From Myxococcota bacterium (lineage in GTDB: Bacteria > Myxococcota > XYA12-FULL-58-9 > JABJBS01): 64,000 nucleotides of DNA. Below the pieces are notes generated by a model that was not told the DNA's origin, did no database searches, and saw only the letters and a list, made by a program, of their open reading frames with translations. Shown one piece after another: positions 9,241 through 19,280 of the stretch. Position numbers and translations under genes: made by a program. The stretch lies in NCBI GenBank assembly GCA_036339465.1, contig JAYZAY010000011.1:1-64000 (forward strand), in the 5' to 3' direction. Each line of letters begins with the position of its first letter. The stretch's first letter is position 1.

Positions 9241-10548
9241 TTAATTTAGAATAACCTCTTTGATCAATTCATGGGTCTCCTGCAGTTTCCATCCGAATGT
9301 ATTCATTTTAGATTCCAATTTTTTACCGTACCCGATGCAAATCCCATCGGGGTGGTGGTTTGCGCTGTCAAATCCCCGGTCATTTACGGCAGAGGTTAGC
9401 TTTGCCCGGGCCATGATTTTTTCCGAACAACGGTAACTGAGGTCACCGACATAGAGGGTGATATCCGGGGCGTTTGTTGAATGGGTATAGAGTTCTTGGT
9501 CTGAATAAATCCTTGAATTTTCGATGCCCAGCTCTTTGAAAGTTTTTTGTAGTTCGGATGCGATTTTCTTGAATAGTGCAGAATTCTCAGTTTCAGTGGC
9601 GGTTGAAGGATTGAAGTAAATACGGCCCACATACCCCCCCTTTCCCCAGGCTTGGGTTTTTTCCCAGTCAATATCATCGCTCCCCAAGTGGGTGAGCCCG
9701 TCCGAGGCCAATGGATTTCTTAACACGAGATAACCGGCATCATAGAGCCACTGATTGAGTGAGAAACTGCCTTTCATCTTTTGGGCCCCGTGGTCGGAAA
9801 TAACGAGGAGATTATCGTCAGGCTTGAGATTTTCTATGATTTTTCCCAGGAATTCATCCAACAATTGATAGTATTGAAGGATCGTATTTTCTGAATCATC
9901 TTTTTCTTGGAGCTCATTCCAAAATATATGGTGGAGTCTGTCGGTTCCTATATCGACACTCATGAAGAAATCCCAAGGATGTCGTTTTAGCCAGGCTAAG
10001 GAGATGCGCTGATGTTGTCGCAGTCGGGTAAAGAGTGATCTCTTGAGTTCTTCTTGACCCAGGTAGCGGAAGGCTGGGATGTCAAATTGAATGGAGCCAA
10101 ATTCGGACTCTGTGGTCGCTGCGAGCTCTCGGGGATAGGTTGCAAAACCACTGTGGTTTTCAGGGGTGAGACACCCGGTTAACATTGTTCCTTTGAAAGG
10201 CTTGGCGGGGTAGGTGAGGGGGACGCCGAGGATACAGGAGGTCTTGTCTTTTTGGGATAATATCTCCCAGATTGTGGGGGCTGAGATGTCGAGTGAATTG
10301 TGAAGAACGAAGTTGGCTCGATCATCAAGGCGTTTATTGAATCCATAGATATCCAATTCATCGGGTGAGCGGCCTGTGACCATACAGGGCCAAGCGGGAA
10401 TCGTAATGGGGGGGGCGACACTTTGGAGTGAATTCGCTTTGCCTGCGGAAATAATTCGGTCAAAATTAGGTAAGTGGGGGCGAAAGCGTTCAAACACAAG
10501 TTTTGGCGCTAAACAATCGAACCCCAGAAGACATAGTCGTGGTGCCAT
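9241..10548 (-). CDS. Alkaline phosphatase superfamily phosphodiesterase / nucleotide pyrophosphatase
   Basis: LLGFDC, PPITIPAW (Thr nucleophile), GTDRLHH, ISDHG, ANHHPDG; GAGGA RBS before ATG 10548. Confidence 0.85.
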   Translation of the reverse strand: MAPRLCLLGFDCLAPKLVFERFRPHLPNFDRIISAGKANSLQSVAPPITIPAWPCMVTGRSPDELDIYGFNKRLDDRANFVLHNSLDISAPTIWEILSQKDKTSCILGVPLTYPAKPFKGTMLTGCLTPENHSGFATYPRELAATTESEFGSIQFDIPAFRYLGQEELKRSLFTRLRQHQRISLAWLKRHPWDFFMSVDIGTDRLHHIFWNELQEKDDSENTILQYYQLLDEFLGKIIENLKPDDNLLVISDHGAQKMKGSFSLNQWLYDAGYLVLRNPLASDGLTHLGSDDIDWEKTQAWGKGGYVGRIYFNPSTATETENSALFKKIASELQKTFKELGIENSRIYSDQELYTHSTNAPDITLYVGDLSYRCSEKIMARAKLTSAVNDRGFDSANHHPDGICIGYGKKLESKMNTFGWKLQETHELIKEVILN

Positions 10549-10641
10549 GGTTTTTGTCCTCACTCTAAAGCAAGGGGCTTGCTCTAGACTTGGTTTGGTT
10601 TTAGTGGATTCTAGACGCTGCGACAATCCATGGAGTGACAA

Positions 10642-11142
10642 TTGGCTCAACTTTTAATCATTGATGATTTGCCTATTCGATTACTCGCCAATGGAACATG
10701 GTGTCACGGCGATAAACCCCTCCATCCGAAGGTAGCGGCTCTTTTTGCGCGTAGTACGGAGGTTGTTGGTAACAAAGCGTATCGGCTTGTCGTAGGTCAC
10801 CAAAAGGTGATGGTCGAGGTGGAAGATGTGGCCTTTTTTGTTCGTTATGTGGAAATGACGACCGGTGAAGAAGGCGGAATCTCGGAGGTGGTCCTAAACC
10901 TTTCCGATGGTAAAGTGGAGGTATTAAGGCCGGAGTCTTTCATGATGAGTGGAGAAAACGTGCTTTATTGTCAGCTCTTTCGAAGTGGTTATGCGGTTCC
11001 TTGCCGGTTTCGTGCGACCGATTATTACCAATTGGCGTTGACGGCTGAACTTGTTGGAGATGATGCGGAAATAAAGATTGGCGGGGAGGTCTACGTGATG
11101 AATCGACCCTATGATGGTGACTGCCACCTTTTGGCGCCATAG
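10642..11142 (+). CDS. DUF1285-like protein
   Basis: IRLLANGTWCHGDKPLHPKVAALFARS and VEVEDVAFFV resemble DUF1285; TTG start uncertain. Confidence 0.6.
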   Translation: MAQLLIIDDLPIRLLANGTWCHGDKPLHPKVAALFARSTEVVGNKAYRLVVGHQKVMVEVEDVAFFVRYVEMTTGEEGGISEVVLNLSDGKVEVLRPESFMMSGENVLYCQLFRSGYAVPCRFRATDYYQLALTAELVGDDAEIKIGGEVYVMNRPYDGDCHLLAP

Positions 11143-11202
11143 CGTTGCCCACCCTTGGAATCCAAGGGGAAAATCTGGCTTGGTTTTATTTAGAGCACCA
11201 GG

Positions 11203-13170
11203 TCAGGCACTTTGTTTAGACATTGGCTTGGTTTTCTGAGCTTCGTATTGGGTAATAATCTGCTCGACGACCATGGGGTCTGCCAAGGTGGTTATGTCGC
11301 CTAAATTCTCTTTCTCGCCTTCGGCAATCTTTCGGAGGATCCGTCTCATGATTTTTCCGGAACGGGTTTTGGGAAGACCGGCGACAGTGATGATTTCGTC
11401 GGGACTGGCAATGGGGCCAATGCCCTTTCGTACGGCATCTCGCAGCATTTGATTGAGTTTAGTGGCATCGGAGTTTTGTGCAGCTGCGTTGAGTTGGACA
11501 TAGGCCATAATGCCCACGCCTTTGATTTCGTGGGGGATACCAACCACCGCTGCTTCCGAAACCAATCCGCTGGCGACGAGAGCACTTTCGATTTCAGCTG
11601 TGCCGAGCCTATGTCCGGAGACATTGAGCACATCATCCACTCGTCCCGTGATCCAGTAGTACCCATCTGCGTCCCGAGTGCATCCATCGCCGGTGAAGTA
11701 GAGATCCTTGAATGGTCCAAAATAAGTTTCTCTAAAGCGCTCGTGGTCTCCGTAGATGGTGCGGGCCTGGCCAGGCCAAGAGGCAGCAATACAGAGATTT
11801 CCCTTGGTTTCTGTTTCTTCTAGTAGTTTTCCATCATCGTTGACCAAAACGGGTTTCACGCCGAAAAATGGTAGGGTTGCCGAACCGGCTTTCATCGGCG
11901 TTGCTCCAGGTAAAGGCGTAATGAGGATACCGCCTGTTTCTGTTTGCCACCAGGTGTCGACAATGGCACACCGACTTTTGCCCACCACATTGTGGTACCA
12001 GTCCCAAACTTCGGGATTAATAGGTTCACCCACCGTGCCTAGGATTCGAAGCGTTCCAATGTCGTGTTTTTCAACCATCGCATTCCCGTCCTTGGCGATG
12101 GCTCGGATGGCAGTTGGTGCCGTATAGAATTGAGTGACCCCAAGGTCTTCAACCACTTGCCAATAGCGACTTGAGTCGGGATAGGTTGGGGTTGATTCAA
12201 ACATGACGGTGGTGGCGCCGTTGGCGAGGGGACCGTAGATAATGTAACTATGTCCTGTAACCCAACCGATATCTGCCGCACACATATAAACGTCATCGGG
12301 CTTGAGGTCGAAGACATATTCATGGGTCATGGATGCATAAAGCATATAACCTCCAGTGGTATGCACGAGACCCTTGGGTTTACCCGTCGAACCCGAAGTA
12401 TAGAGAATAAAAAGTGGGTCTTCGGCATCCATTTCCGTTGGGGCACAGTAGGGGCGTTCGTGTTCTAGATGTGCATTGAGATCAATATCTCTGCCCTCCT
12501 GCATGGGTACTACGCTTTCTGTTCGCTTTACGACCATCACTGTTTCTACCATGGGAAGGTCTTGGATGGCGTCGTCACAAATTTCTTTGAGCGCAATGGA
12601 TTTCCCCCCCCTTCGCCCTTCATTGGCAGTAAGTAGCACTTTTGAGCCGGAATCGATGATCCGGTCTTTGAGACTCTCTGCCGAGAAACCAGCAAAAACA
12701 ACCGAGTGAATGGCTCCAATCCGTGCACAGGCCAAGACGGCATAGGCGAGTTCGGGAATCATCGGCATATAGATGCAGATTCTGTCGCCTTTTCGGACAT
12801 TGAACCGTTTGAGCAAGTTTGCAAATTGGGATACTTTCTCTTCAAGGGCCTTGTAAGTAATATGCTCATATTGGCCAGGTTCGTCTTTCACCCAGATAAT
12901 CGCAGATTTGTCGGGGGTGGTTACAACGTGACGGTCGACGCAATTGTAGGAGGCGTTGAGCGTTGAGTTTCGGAACCAAGAAAAGTTTGGGGTAGAGAAA
13001 TCTTGGCTGCAGATGTGGTCGCCTCGCCTGAACCACGTTAAGCGGTTGGCTTGCTGACTCCAGAACTCCTCGGGGTTGTCAATGGAGTGACGGTAGAGCT
13101 TTTGGTATTCGTCAAGGCTCTTGATGATTGCTTCATTGGCAATAGTTTCTTTAACGTCAACCACTTCCAT
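11203..13170 (-). CDS. acs: Acetyl-CoA synthetase
   Basis: YTSGSTGKPKG, ADIGWVTGHSY, DTWWQTETG, GRVDDVLNVSGHRLGTAEIES, PKTRSGKIMRR. Confidence 0.98.
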   Translation of the reverse strand: MEVVDVKETIANEAIIKSLDEYQKLYRHSIDNPEEFWSQQANRLTWFRRGDHICSQDFSTPNFSWFRNSTLNASYNCVDRHVVTTPDKSAIIWVKDEPGQYEHITYKALEEKVSQFANLLKRFNVRKGDRICIYMPMIPELAYAVLACARIGAIHSVVFAGFSAESLKDRIIDSGSKVLLTANEGRRGGKSIALKEICDDAIQDLPMVETVMVVKRTESVVPMQEGRDIDLNAHLEHERPYCAPTEMDAEDPLFILYTSGSTGKPKGLVHTTGGYMLYASMTHEYVFDLKPDDVYMCAADIGWVTGHSYIIYGPLANGATTVMFESTPTYPDSSRYWQVVEDLGVTQFYTAPTAIRAIAKDGNAMVEKHDIGTLRILGTVGEPINPEVWDWYHNVVGKSRCAIVDTWWQTETGGILITPLPGATPMKAGSATLPFFGVKPVLVNDDGKLLEETETKGNLCIAASWPGQARTIYGDHERFRETYFGPFKDLYFTGDGCTRDADGYYWITGRVDDVLNVSGHRLGTAEIESALVASGLVSEAAVVGIPHEIKGVGIMAYVQLNAAAQNSDATKLNQMLRDAVRKGIGPIASPDEIITVAGLPKTRSGKIMRRILRKIAEGEKENLGDITTLADPMVVEQIITQYEAQKTKPMSKQSA

Positions 13171-13359
13171 TATTATTCTCCTCGTCTAGACCCAATTGGC
13201 AGACAAACTAGTGGTAATGTGGACTGTGTTGCAACGAAAATAGTCAATTTTGAGCGGTGATGAGTTGGGTTCTGCGGTAAACCTCACTTGTTTAGGGGTT
13301 TGTTTGATGCTTATATCCATAGAGGCAGAGGGCACTAAGAGTTAAAGGTTTTTACAAAA

Positions 13360-14649
13360 ATGAACCAAGAAAATGAAATGAGCGGGTGGTTGTCGCGGGT
13401 CGCGGAAGGGATGCCCGATGCGATTTTTGTGATTGATCAACGGGGTATAATCATTGAAGTCAATCGGTCCGTGGTTACTGTCCTAGGCTACCCAGTCGAA
13501 GCGCTGATCGGAAAGAATTTTGAGCGCTTCCTGTCCGATGGAGATCTACTCAAAACGACGGGAGTCGCTGACTCTTTGGAATTGGGACTTCTCCTCAACC
13601 TGATCGCTTCGTTTGATACTCAAGGTGGTCAGGCCAAGACCTTCGACCTGTCTGGATTCAGGCTAGAGGCAGCAGGGAATGAAAATCTTTACGTGGTTGT
13701 TGGTCGCAATGTTTCTCACGTACAGGAGTTTATGTCTGGCGAAGCTCGTTTGGCGGCGGTTAAGGAGGAAGAGCGCCAAGAAGCAGAAGAATTGAGTTTG
13801 AAATTGGAAGGTGTATTGGCTCGGGAACGTCAGGATCATGAAGAGTTCATTTTAGATATGGATAATACGGTTCAACTGGGTAAACTTGCTTCGTTGATAG
13901 GGCACGAAGTGACCAATCCTGCCCAGTCGATTTCTTTATCGCTGATTATGGCCAAGAAACCTCTAGATGAAATGCGCACCCTTCTCGAGGCCATTGTGGA
14001 CAGCTCGAATGATGCGGGAAAACAGTTTTTGGCTAGATTCGAGCAAAGTTATTGTCAGGTACATAGAATTTTGGAGCAATCCCATTTTGCGCTTCGGCGT
14101 TTGACGGAGGTAACGGACGCGTTCAGGAGCCAAAGTAGAAATGAGACCTCTACTAGCAGCGATATTGATATGAATAAGTTAATTCGTGAAAGCCTGATTT
14201 TATGTCGCGCTAAAATGATACGCTACCGAGTTCGCTTTATTTCTGGTGAGCTGTCCCGGATTACTTGTTTTCCTGGGCGTATAGGGCAGATCTTGATGAA
14301 TCTCTTGGCCAATGCAACAGATGCCCTAGAGCGATGCCAACTGGTGCAGCTTGATTCAGGGAATACAAGTTTTCAAGGCAAGATTGAAATTCAAACAGGC
14401 ATGAAAGAAGTGGATGGAATGGAGGGAGTCAATACAAGTATTCGGGACAATGGGGGCGGGATTGCACCGGATATCATTGATTCTATTTTCGATGAATTTT
14501 TTACCACGAAAGAGGGGCGAGTTGGTTCTGGAGTTGGGTTGAATCTTGCCAAGAAAATAGTGGAAGAGCATCAAGGGAAATTGTTGGTCCGGAATAACGA
14601 AAAATTTGGTGGGGCTGAGTTTTCTCTTTGGCTGCCACGTAAACCCTAG
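13360..14649 (+). CDS. PAS-domain sensor histidine kinase
   Basis: N-terminal PAS (MPDAIFVID...VN...LGY...LIGK), H-box GHEVTNP, QILMNLLANA, DNGGGI, FFTTK, GSGVGL. Confidence 0.9.
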   Translation: MNQENEMSGWLSRVAEGMPDAIFVIDQRGIIIEVNRSVVTVLGYPVEALIGKNFERFLSDGDLLKTTGVADSLELGLLLNLIASFDTQGGQAKTFDLSGFRLEAAGNENLYVVVGRNVSHVQEFMSGEARLAAVKEEERQEAEELSLKLEGVLARERQDHEEFILDMDNTVQLGKLASLIGHEVTNPAQSISLSLIMAKKPLDEMRTLLEAIVDSSNDAGKQFLARFEQSYCQVHRILEQSHFALRRLTEVTDAFRSQSRNETSTSSDIDMNKLIRESLILCRAKMIRYRVRFISGELSRITCFPGRIGQILMNLLANATDALERCQLVQLDSGNTSFQGKIEIQTGMKEVDGMEGVNTSIRDNGGGIAPDIIDSIFDEFFTTKEGRVGSGVGLNLAKKIVEEHQGKLLVRNNEKFGGAEFSLWLPRKP

Positions 14650-14821
14650 CCGCCGATCCACCGCTAAGGCCAGCAATGCCTGCTTTTTTGCCTGCGGTTT
14701 GTATCACTTCGTAACCTAACCCATGACCATGAAACACTGTGCCGTCTTTTGATTTCGACTTGAGTGAGGATGATTGCTTTGGGGAGAGTTGGAGTGACCA
14801 TTTTTGTATTGTCGGTCCGGT

Positions 14822-16462
14822 TTAGGGCGTGAGTTGCGCCCCGAGACGCAGGAGAATCTTTTCTGCCGTACGAATGCCATCTAGGGCAGCACTGGCAATG
14901 CCCCCCCCAAAGCCCATGCCTTCGCCACTTGGATAGAGATTTTCCAGTGCCAGCGCTTGATGGGTTTCACGATCTCTCAATACCCGAATAGGGGAGGCTG
15001 TGCGGGTTTCTACACCAATCAAACTGGCTTCGGCAGTGATAAAACCAGGCATTTTCTTTTCAAAGGTCTTGAGTGCTTCTCGTAGACATTGAACGAGTAC
15101 CTGGGGAAACAATTCATGGATGGGGTAGGGGGTAAGTCCCCTTCGGTAGGAGGTTTTGGGAAGATCTCTCGAGAGTTTACCGTCGAGGAAGTCTGTGAGG
15201 CGTCCCGCAGGAGCCCTGAAATCTGCGCCACCGGCTCTGAATGCATCCCGTTCAAGCTGAGTTTGAAAATCGACGCCTGAGAAAATACCGAGGTGTCCAA
15301 AGGTTTCGAAATCCTTGGGGGTGAGGGTCGCCACCAAGGCGCTGTTGGCGAAGCGACCCGAACGAGCGGCATGACTCATGCCATTGATGCATAATTGTTC
15401 CGGCTTCGTGGGTGTGGGGACGACGACCCCGCCCGGGCACATACAAAATGAGTAGGCGCCTCGCTCGTCTGAGCCTTTTTGATTGTAGCGAAGCACATAA
15501 TCAGCCGCTGGGAGCTCTGGATGGGTAGCATGGCGACCGTACCGAATCTCATTGATAAGTGGTTGCGGATGTTCCAGTCTAAAACCCACGGCAAAGGAAC
15601 GCGCTTCCATGCTGATGTTATGTTTGGCCAATATGTGCCAGACATCGTTGGCCGAATGGCCAGTAGCCAATATAAGCTGGCTTACTTCGAACGTTTCTCC
15701 ATCTTCTGTTCTTAGTGTCTTGACACGGGTACCGTCGAGTTCGAAGTCTACCAGTTTCTTATTAAATAGTATGGATGTTCCTAGACTTTCCAAGTATTTC
15801 CGAAGACGTTTCAATATGTTTACGAGCTTGTCTGTTCCTATGTGGGGGCGAGTGTTGATGAGAATATCCGATTTTGCGCCGAGCTTGATGAGAATTTCAT
15901 AGAAGGCTCGGACCCTGGGATCCGAAACTCGGGTGTACAGTTTTCCGTCGGAATAAGTTCCTGCTCCACCTTCTCCAAAGCAGACGTTGGAATCTGTTTG
16001 TAGTGTGCCACGACTGTAGAGTGAACTAACGTCTCGACTTCTCTCTTCGACCATCTTTCCTCGCTCAAGGATGATGGGTTTTAAGCCAGCTTCGGCGAGA
16101 ATATAGGCAGCGAAGAGCCCGGCGGGGCCTGCGCCAACAATGATTGGGCGGGCTTGGGAAAGAGTCTTAGGGATTTTCCAGTTTCTAGGATTCGGTTCGG
16201 GGGCCCATTCGGCTTTCTTTTGTTCGACGAGTTTTTGGGCAATATCCGCCTCGGTTTCAAATATGACGGCGTAGGTGAACCGGGGGTTATTGCGCCGAAC
16301 GTCGAGTGCACGTTGGAAAACAGATAAATTGGAGATAGCCTCGCTTGAAATACTTAGCTTTTTTGCGGCGCTACGGCGGAGTGTTTCTTCCGGTTCGGCG
16401 GCACACTCCATGGGGGCGTCAATATTTCTTAGAATGATTTTTGCCACAAGTTTTGGTCTCAC
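14822..16462 (-). CDS. Uncharacterised FAD-dependent oxidoreductase (COG2509-like)
   Basis: IVGAGPAG, FGEGGAGTYSDGKL, PHIGTD, LATGHSA, YSFCMCPGG, NGMS, ETRTASP, GEGMGFGGGI. Confidence 0.9.
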   Translation of the reverse strand: MRPKLVAKIILRNIDAPMECAAEPEETLRRSAAKKLSISSEAISNLSVFQRALDVRRNNPRFTYAVIFETEADIAQKLVEQKKAEWAPEPNPRNWKIPKTLSQARPIIVGAGPAGLFAAYILAEAGLKPIILERGKMVEERSRDVSSLYSRGTLQTDSNVCFGEGGAGTYSDGKLYTRVSDPRVRAFYEILIKLGAKSDILINTRPHIGTDKLVNILKRLRKYLESLGTSILFNKKLVDFELDGTRVKTLRTEDGETFEVSQLILATGHSANDVWHILAKHNISMEARSFAVGFRLEHPQPLINEIRYGRHATHPELPAADYVLRYNQKGSDERGAYSFCMCPGGVVVPTPTKPEQLCINGMSHAARSGRFANSALVATLTPKDFETFGHLGIFSGVDFQTQLERDAFRAGGADFRAPAGRLTDFLDGKLSRDLPKTSYRRGLTPYPIHELFPQVLVQCLREALKTFEKKMPGFITAEASLIGVETRTASPIRVLRDRETHQALALENLYPSGEGMGFGGGIASAALDGIRTAEKILLRLGAQLTP

Positions 16463-16582
16463 TATGTTTGGTTCGTGGATAGACAGGGCTTAGACAAAGG
16501 TGCTACCAGTGCTCTCCCAGAGATATGCCGATTAAACAGGTTTTTCGGTTTCGGCAAGAAAAGATTGTAGGTTAGTCCGTAG

Positions 16583-19228
16583 ATGAAGACACTTCAAAGA
16601 GGCCTTGGGTTGTGGGGGGCTGTTTCACTTAGTCTGAGCGCCATGCTCGGCCCCGGGGCCTTTGTGGTTTGTGGCTTGGCGGTGGCCCAAACGGGGGGTA
16701 CCGCTTGGCTTGCGTATCTTTGTGCCGCTTTAATCCTTTTACCCGCGGCGTTGTCGAAGGCCGAGCTCTCAAGTGCTATTCCGCGTTCTGGGGGAACCTA
16801 TGTTTATATCTTTCAGGCCTTTGGCCCGTTTGCAGGTACGAGCATGGGGTTGGGGCTTTGGGCTTCACTCTTTTTGAAAAGTGCATTTGCTTTGATGGGG
16901 GTTGGTGCCTATCTTGCCACGTTGGGAGATATACCCCTTAAACCAGTTGCTTTGGGCTTTTTGGTTTTGATTTTAGTCCTCAATTTAAGAGGTATTAAGG
17001 CTGTAAGCAACGTACAAACTCCCATTGTACTTTTGAGTATTGTTCTCTTATTTGGCTTGATGGCTATGGCCACGGGAGATTTTAAGGCTTCCAATTTTGA
17101 TCCCATCATGCCGGCTGGCTTTCTCGGCTTTGTGGGAACAGTTGGCTTTGTTTTTATGGATTATGCAGGGGTCACAAAAATTGCGGCAGTGGCCGGGGAA
17201 GTCAAAGATCCTGCCCGGAACCTACCCAAAGGTATTTTAGTCTCGTTGGCGCTCATCACGCCGATTTATGTCTGCTTGAGTTTTGTTCTTTGCGGGGTTT
17301 TAGAAGCAGAAGGACTGGTGGGGAATTACAGTTCGATTCATACATTGGCAGTCCATTTATCGGGACCCTCATTCGGTGTGTTTGTTTCGGTTGTTGGGGT
17401 TTTGATCATGGCTGCGATGGCAAATTCAGGCTTATTGGCAGCCTCTCGATTCCCCTTTGCCATGAGTCGTGATCAACTCATGCCGAACTTTTTTGGCTTT
17501 ATTCATCGAGATACAGTAACCCCAGTTTGGTCGATTTTAGTGACGGCTATTCTTATGGGGAGCACTATCCTTTGGGTGGATATCCCCGAAATTATCAAAT
17601 TGGCGAGCGCACTGAAGATCTTGGCTTTTTCGGCCAATTGCCTCGCGGTTTTGGTACTTCGGGAGTCTAAGGCTCAGTGGTATCAGCCTAAATATCGCTC
17701 CCCGCTTTACCCAGGAATTCAGATCTTTGGTGTTATGGGTGGTGGGGTCCTTTTATTCGCTTTGGGCCAGGCTACCCTCCACGCTTGTGCCGCTATTTTG
17801 ACCATTGGTGGCTGTGTTTATCTGACGTACGGCTGGAGGAAGAGTACAGAGAAGGGGGTTTTGGGTAAGATGATTCGCCGCGAGGATCTGAAACGCGAAT
17901 TGGGACCCGAGATTCAGGAAATTCAATCGGTGATGCCGACTGAGGCAGCGGCTATTGTTGCTCTGGTTGGTCGAGAACGGTCTGTGGAAATGCTTACGCA
18001 GTTGGGTACCGCGCTCTCCCAAGGACAGAGAGTTGAGGTTGTACACATCACCGAAATACCTTCACCCATAGCCCTTGATGATTTGCTGGATGAAGACAAT
18101 ACGGTGGCGGCAATTCGGCGTCGAGTGTTGGGAATGCGGGAAATTTCCAACGTGGATGTGAGGTTCGACCCCGTGGTGAGTCATGACACCGTAGAGACAG
18201 TCCATACTCTAAGTGCACAATTGCATTGTGATTGGTTGGTGATGCGCTGGCGAAACTTCAGACTCCTCAACCCTTTGGGGTGGCTGGTCAATCATTTACA
18301 CAGTGATTTAGCTCTTTTCCGAGATGTGGGTATTCGTTATTTGAGAAAGATTTTGGTGTTGGTTGAGCCCGGCGATTTGGACCCGATGGCGGTGGTTGTA
18401 GCCTATAATCTTGCGAAGTATTACCGGGCCACCATAACTGTTGGTCAATTTGCGCCTAAATCATTTTCGGAAGCCGATGTCGAAGGGGCAAGAAATTACC
18501 TCAAGCAATTGACGCATTTGTGTCCAGCGGTAACCGACCAGGTGGTTGTCCAGGGAACTTCAGAGGAGGACTGCGTAGCAACCCTCACTGAAGGATTTGA
18601 TTTAATGGTGTTGGGGTCGCACCCACACAGTCGTGTGAGCAACATTTTCCTGAAGACCCGTGAGGATAAACTCTGTGAGGGTGCTGTCTGCTCGGTTTTG
18701 TTAATGAAGTCACCGAAGGCAGACAAATATCATCAAGCGGTAGCAAGAATGAGAGAAGAATTCCATCTCTTGCCCTTTCTTGAGAAGGATACCATACGGT
18801 TGGGGTTAAATGTTTTGAATAAGGAAGAACTCTTTCTTAGCCTTGCGCAGCAATTTGTCGCGACAGGGGTGAAAATCAACGTCGGCGCTGTCAATGACGC
18901 TTTTTGGGAAAGAGAAAGGCTTAGGAATACAGCGGTATCCCGTGGGGTCGCCATGCCTCATGCTGCCCTAGTTGGTCTTGAGCGAACTTATTTGATTGTA
19001 TCGGTTCTCGATGAACCGATTGAGTATGGGCATGGTGAGGAACTTCAAGAAATTGATATTGTATTTGCGACTGTTGGTCCGGCGGTTTCCAGAGAACACC
19101 ACTTATTCTTGATTGGAGCGCTGTCGAAGATGGCTGTTCATACCAACCTTCTTGAAAATTTGAGGCGCGTTGTTTCGGTCGAAGATGCGTGGGAGCTATT
19201 TAGGAATTGCTCAGAGCAAGCGGTTTAA
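16583..19228 (+). CDS. APC-family amino acid permease fused to USP-like domains and PTS EIIA domain
   Basis: About 12 TM helices with AELSSAIPRSGGTY, AGEVKDPARNLP, ASRFPFAMSRD; USP-like segments (RVEVVHI; FDLMVLGS...CSVLLMK); EIIA motif WERERLRNTAVSRGVAMPHA. Confidence 0.88.
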   Translation: MKTLQRGLGLWGAVSLSLSAMLGPGAFVVCGLAVAQTGGTAWLAYLCAALILLPAALSKAELSSAIPRSGGTYVYIFQAFGPFAGTSMGLGLWASLFLKSAFALMGVGAYLATLGDIPLKPVALGFLVLILVLNLRGIKAVSNVQTPIVLLSIVLLFGLMAMATGDFKASNFDPIMPAGFLGFVGTVGFVFMDYAGVTKIAAVAGEVKDPARNLPKGILVSLALITPIYVCLSFVLCGVLEAEGLVGNYSSIHTLAVHLSGPSFGVFVSVVGVLIMAAMANSGLLAASRFPFAMSRDQLMPNFFGFIHRDTVTPVWSILVTAILMGSTILWVDIPEIIKLASALKILAFSANCLAVLVLRESKAQWYQPKYRSPLYPGIQIFGVMGGGVLLFALGQATLHACAAILTIGGCVYLTYGWRKSTEKGVLGKMIRREDLKRELGPEIQEIQSVMPTEAAAIVALVGRERSVEMLTQLGTALSQGQRVEVVHITEIPSPIALDDLLDEDNTVAAIRRRVLGMREISNVDVRFDPVVSHDTVETVHTLSAQLHCDWLVMRWRNFRLLNPLGWLVNHLHSDLALFRDVGIRYLRKILVLVEPGDLDPMAVVVAYNLAKYYRATITVGQFAPKSFSEADVEGARNYLKQLTHLCPAVTDQVVVQGTSEEDCVATLTEGFDLMVLGSHPHSRVSNIFLKTREDKLCEGAVCSVLLMKSPKADKYHQAVARMREEFHLLPFLEKDTIRLGLNVLNKEELFLSLAQQFVATGVKINVGAVNDAFWERERLRNTAVSRGVAMPHAALVGLERTYLIVSVLDEPIEYGHGEELQEIDIVFATVGPAVSREHHLFLIGALSKMAVHTNLLENLRRVVSVEDAWELFRNCSEQAV

Positions 19229-19280
19229 GTTTCAGGTTTACGGGGGCAGCTCTATCGAGTTGTCTAATCGCTCTAGGGGG

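Noticed and set aside
14650..14821. Short minus-strand ORFs between the kinase and the FAD oxidoreductase
   Set aside because: No RBS or motif; the longer frame overlaps the kinase antisense
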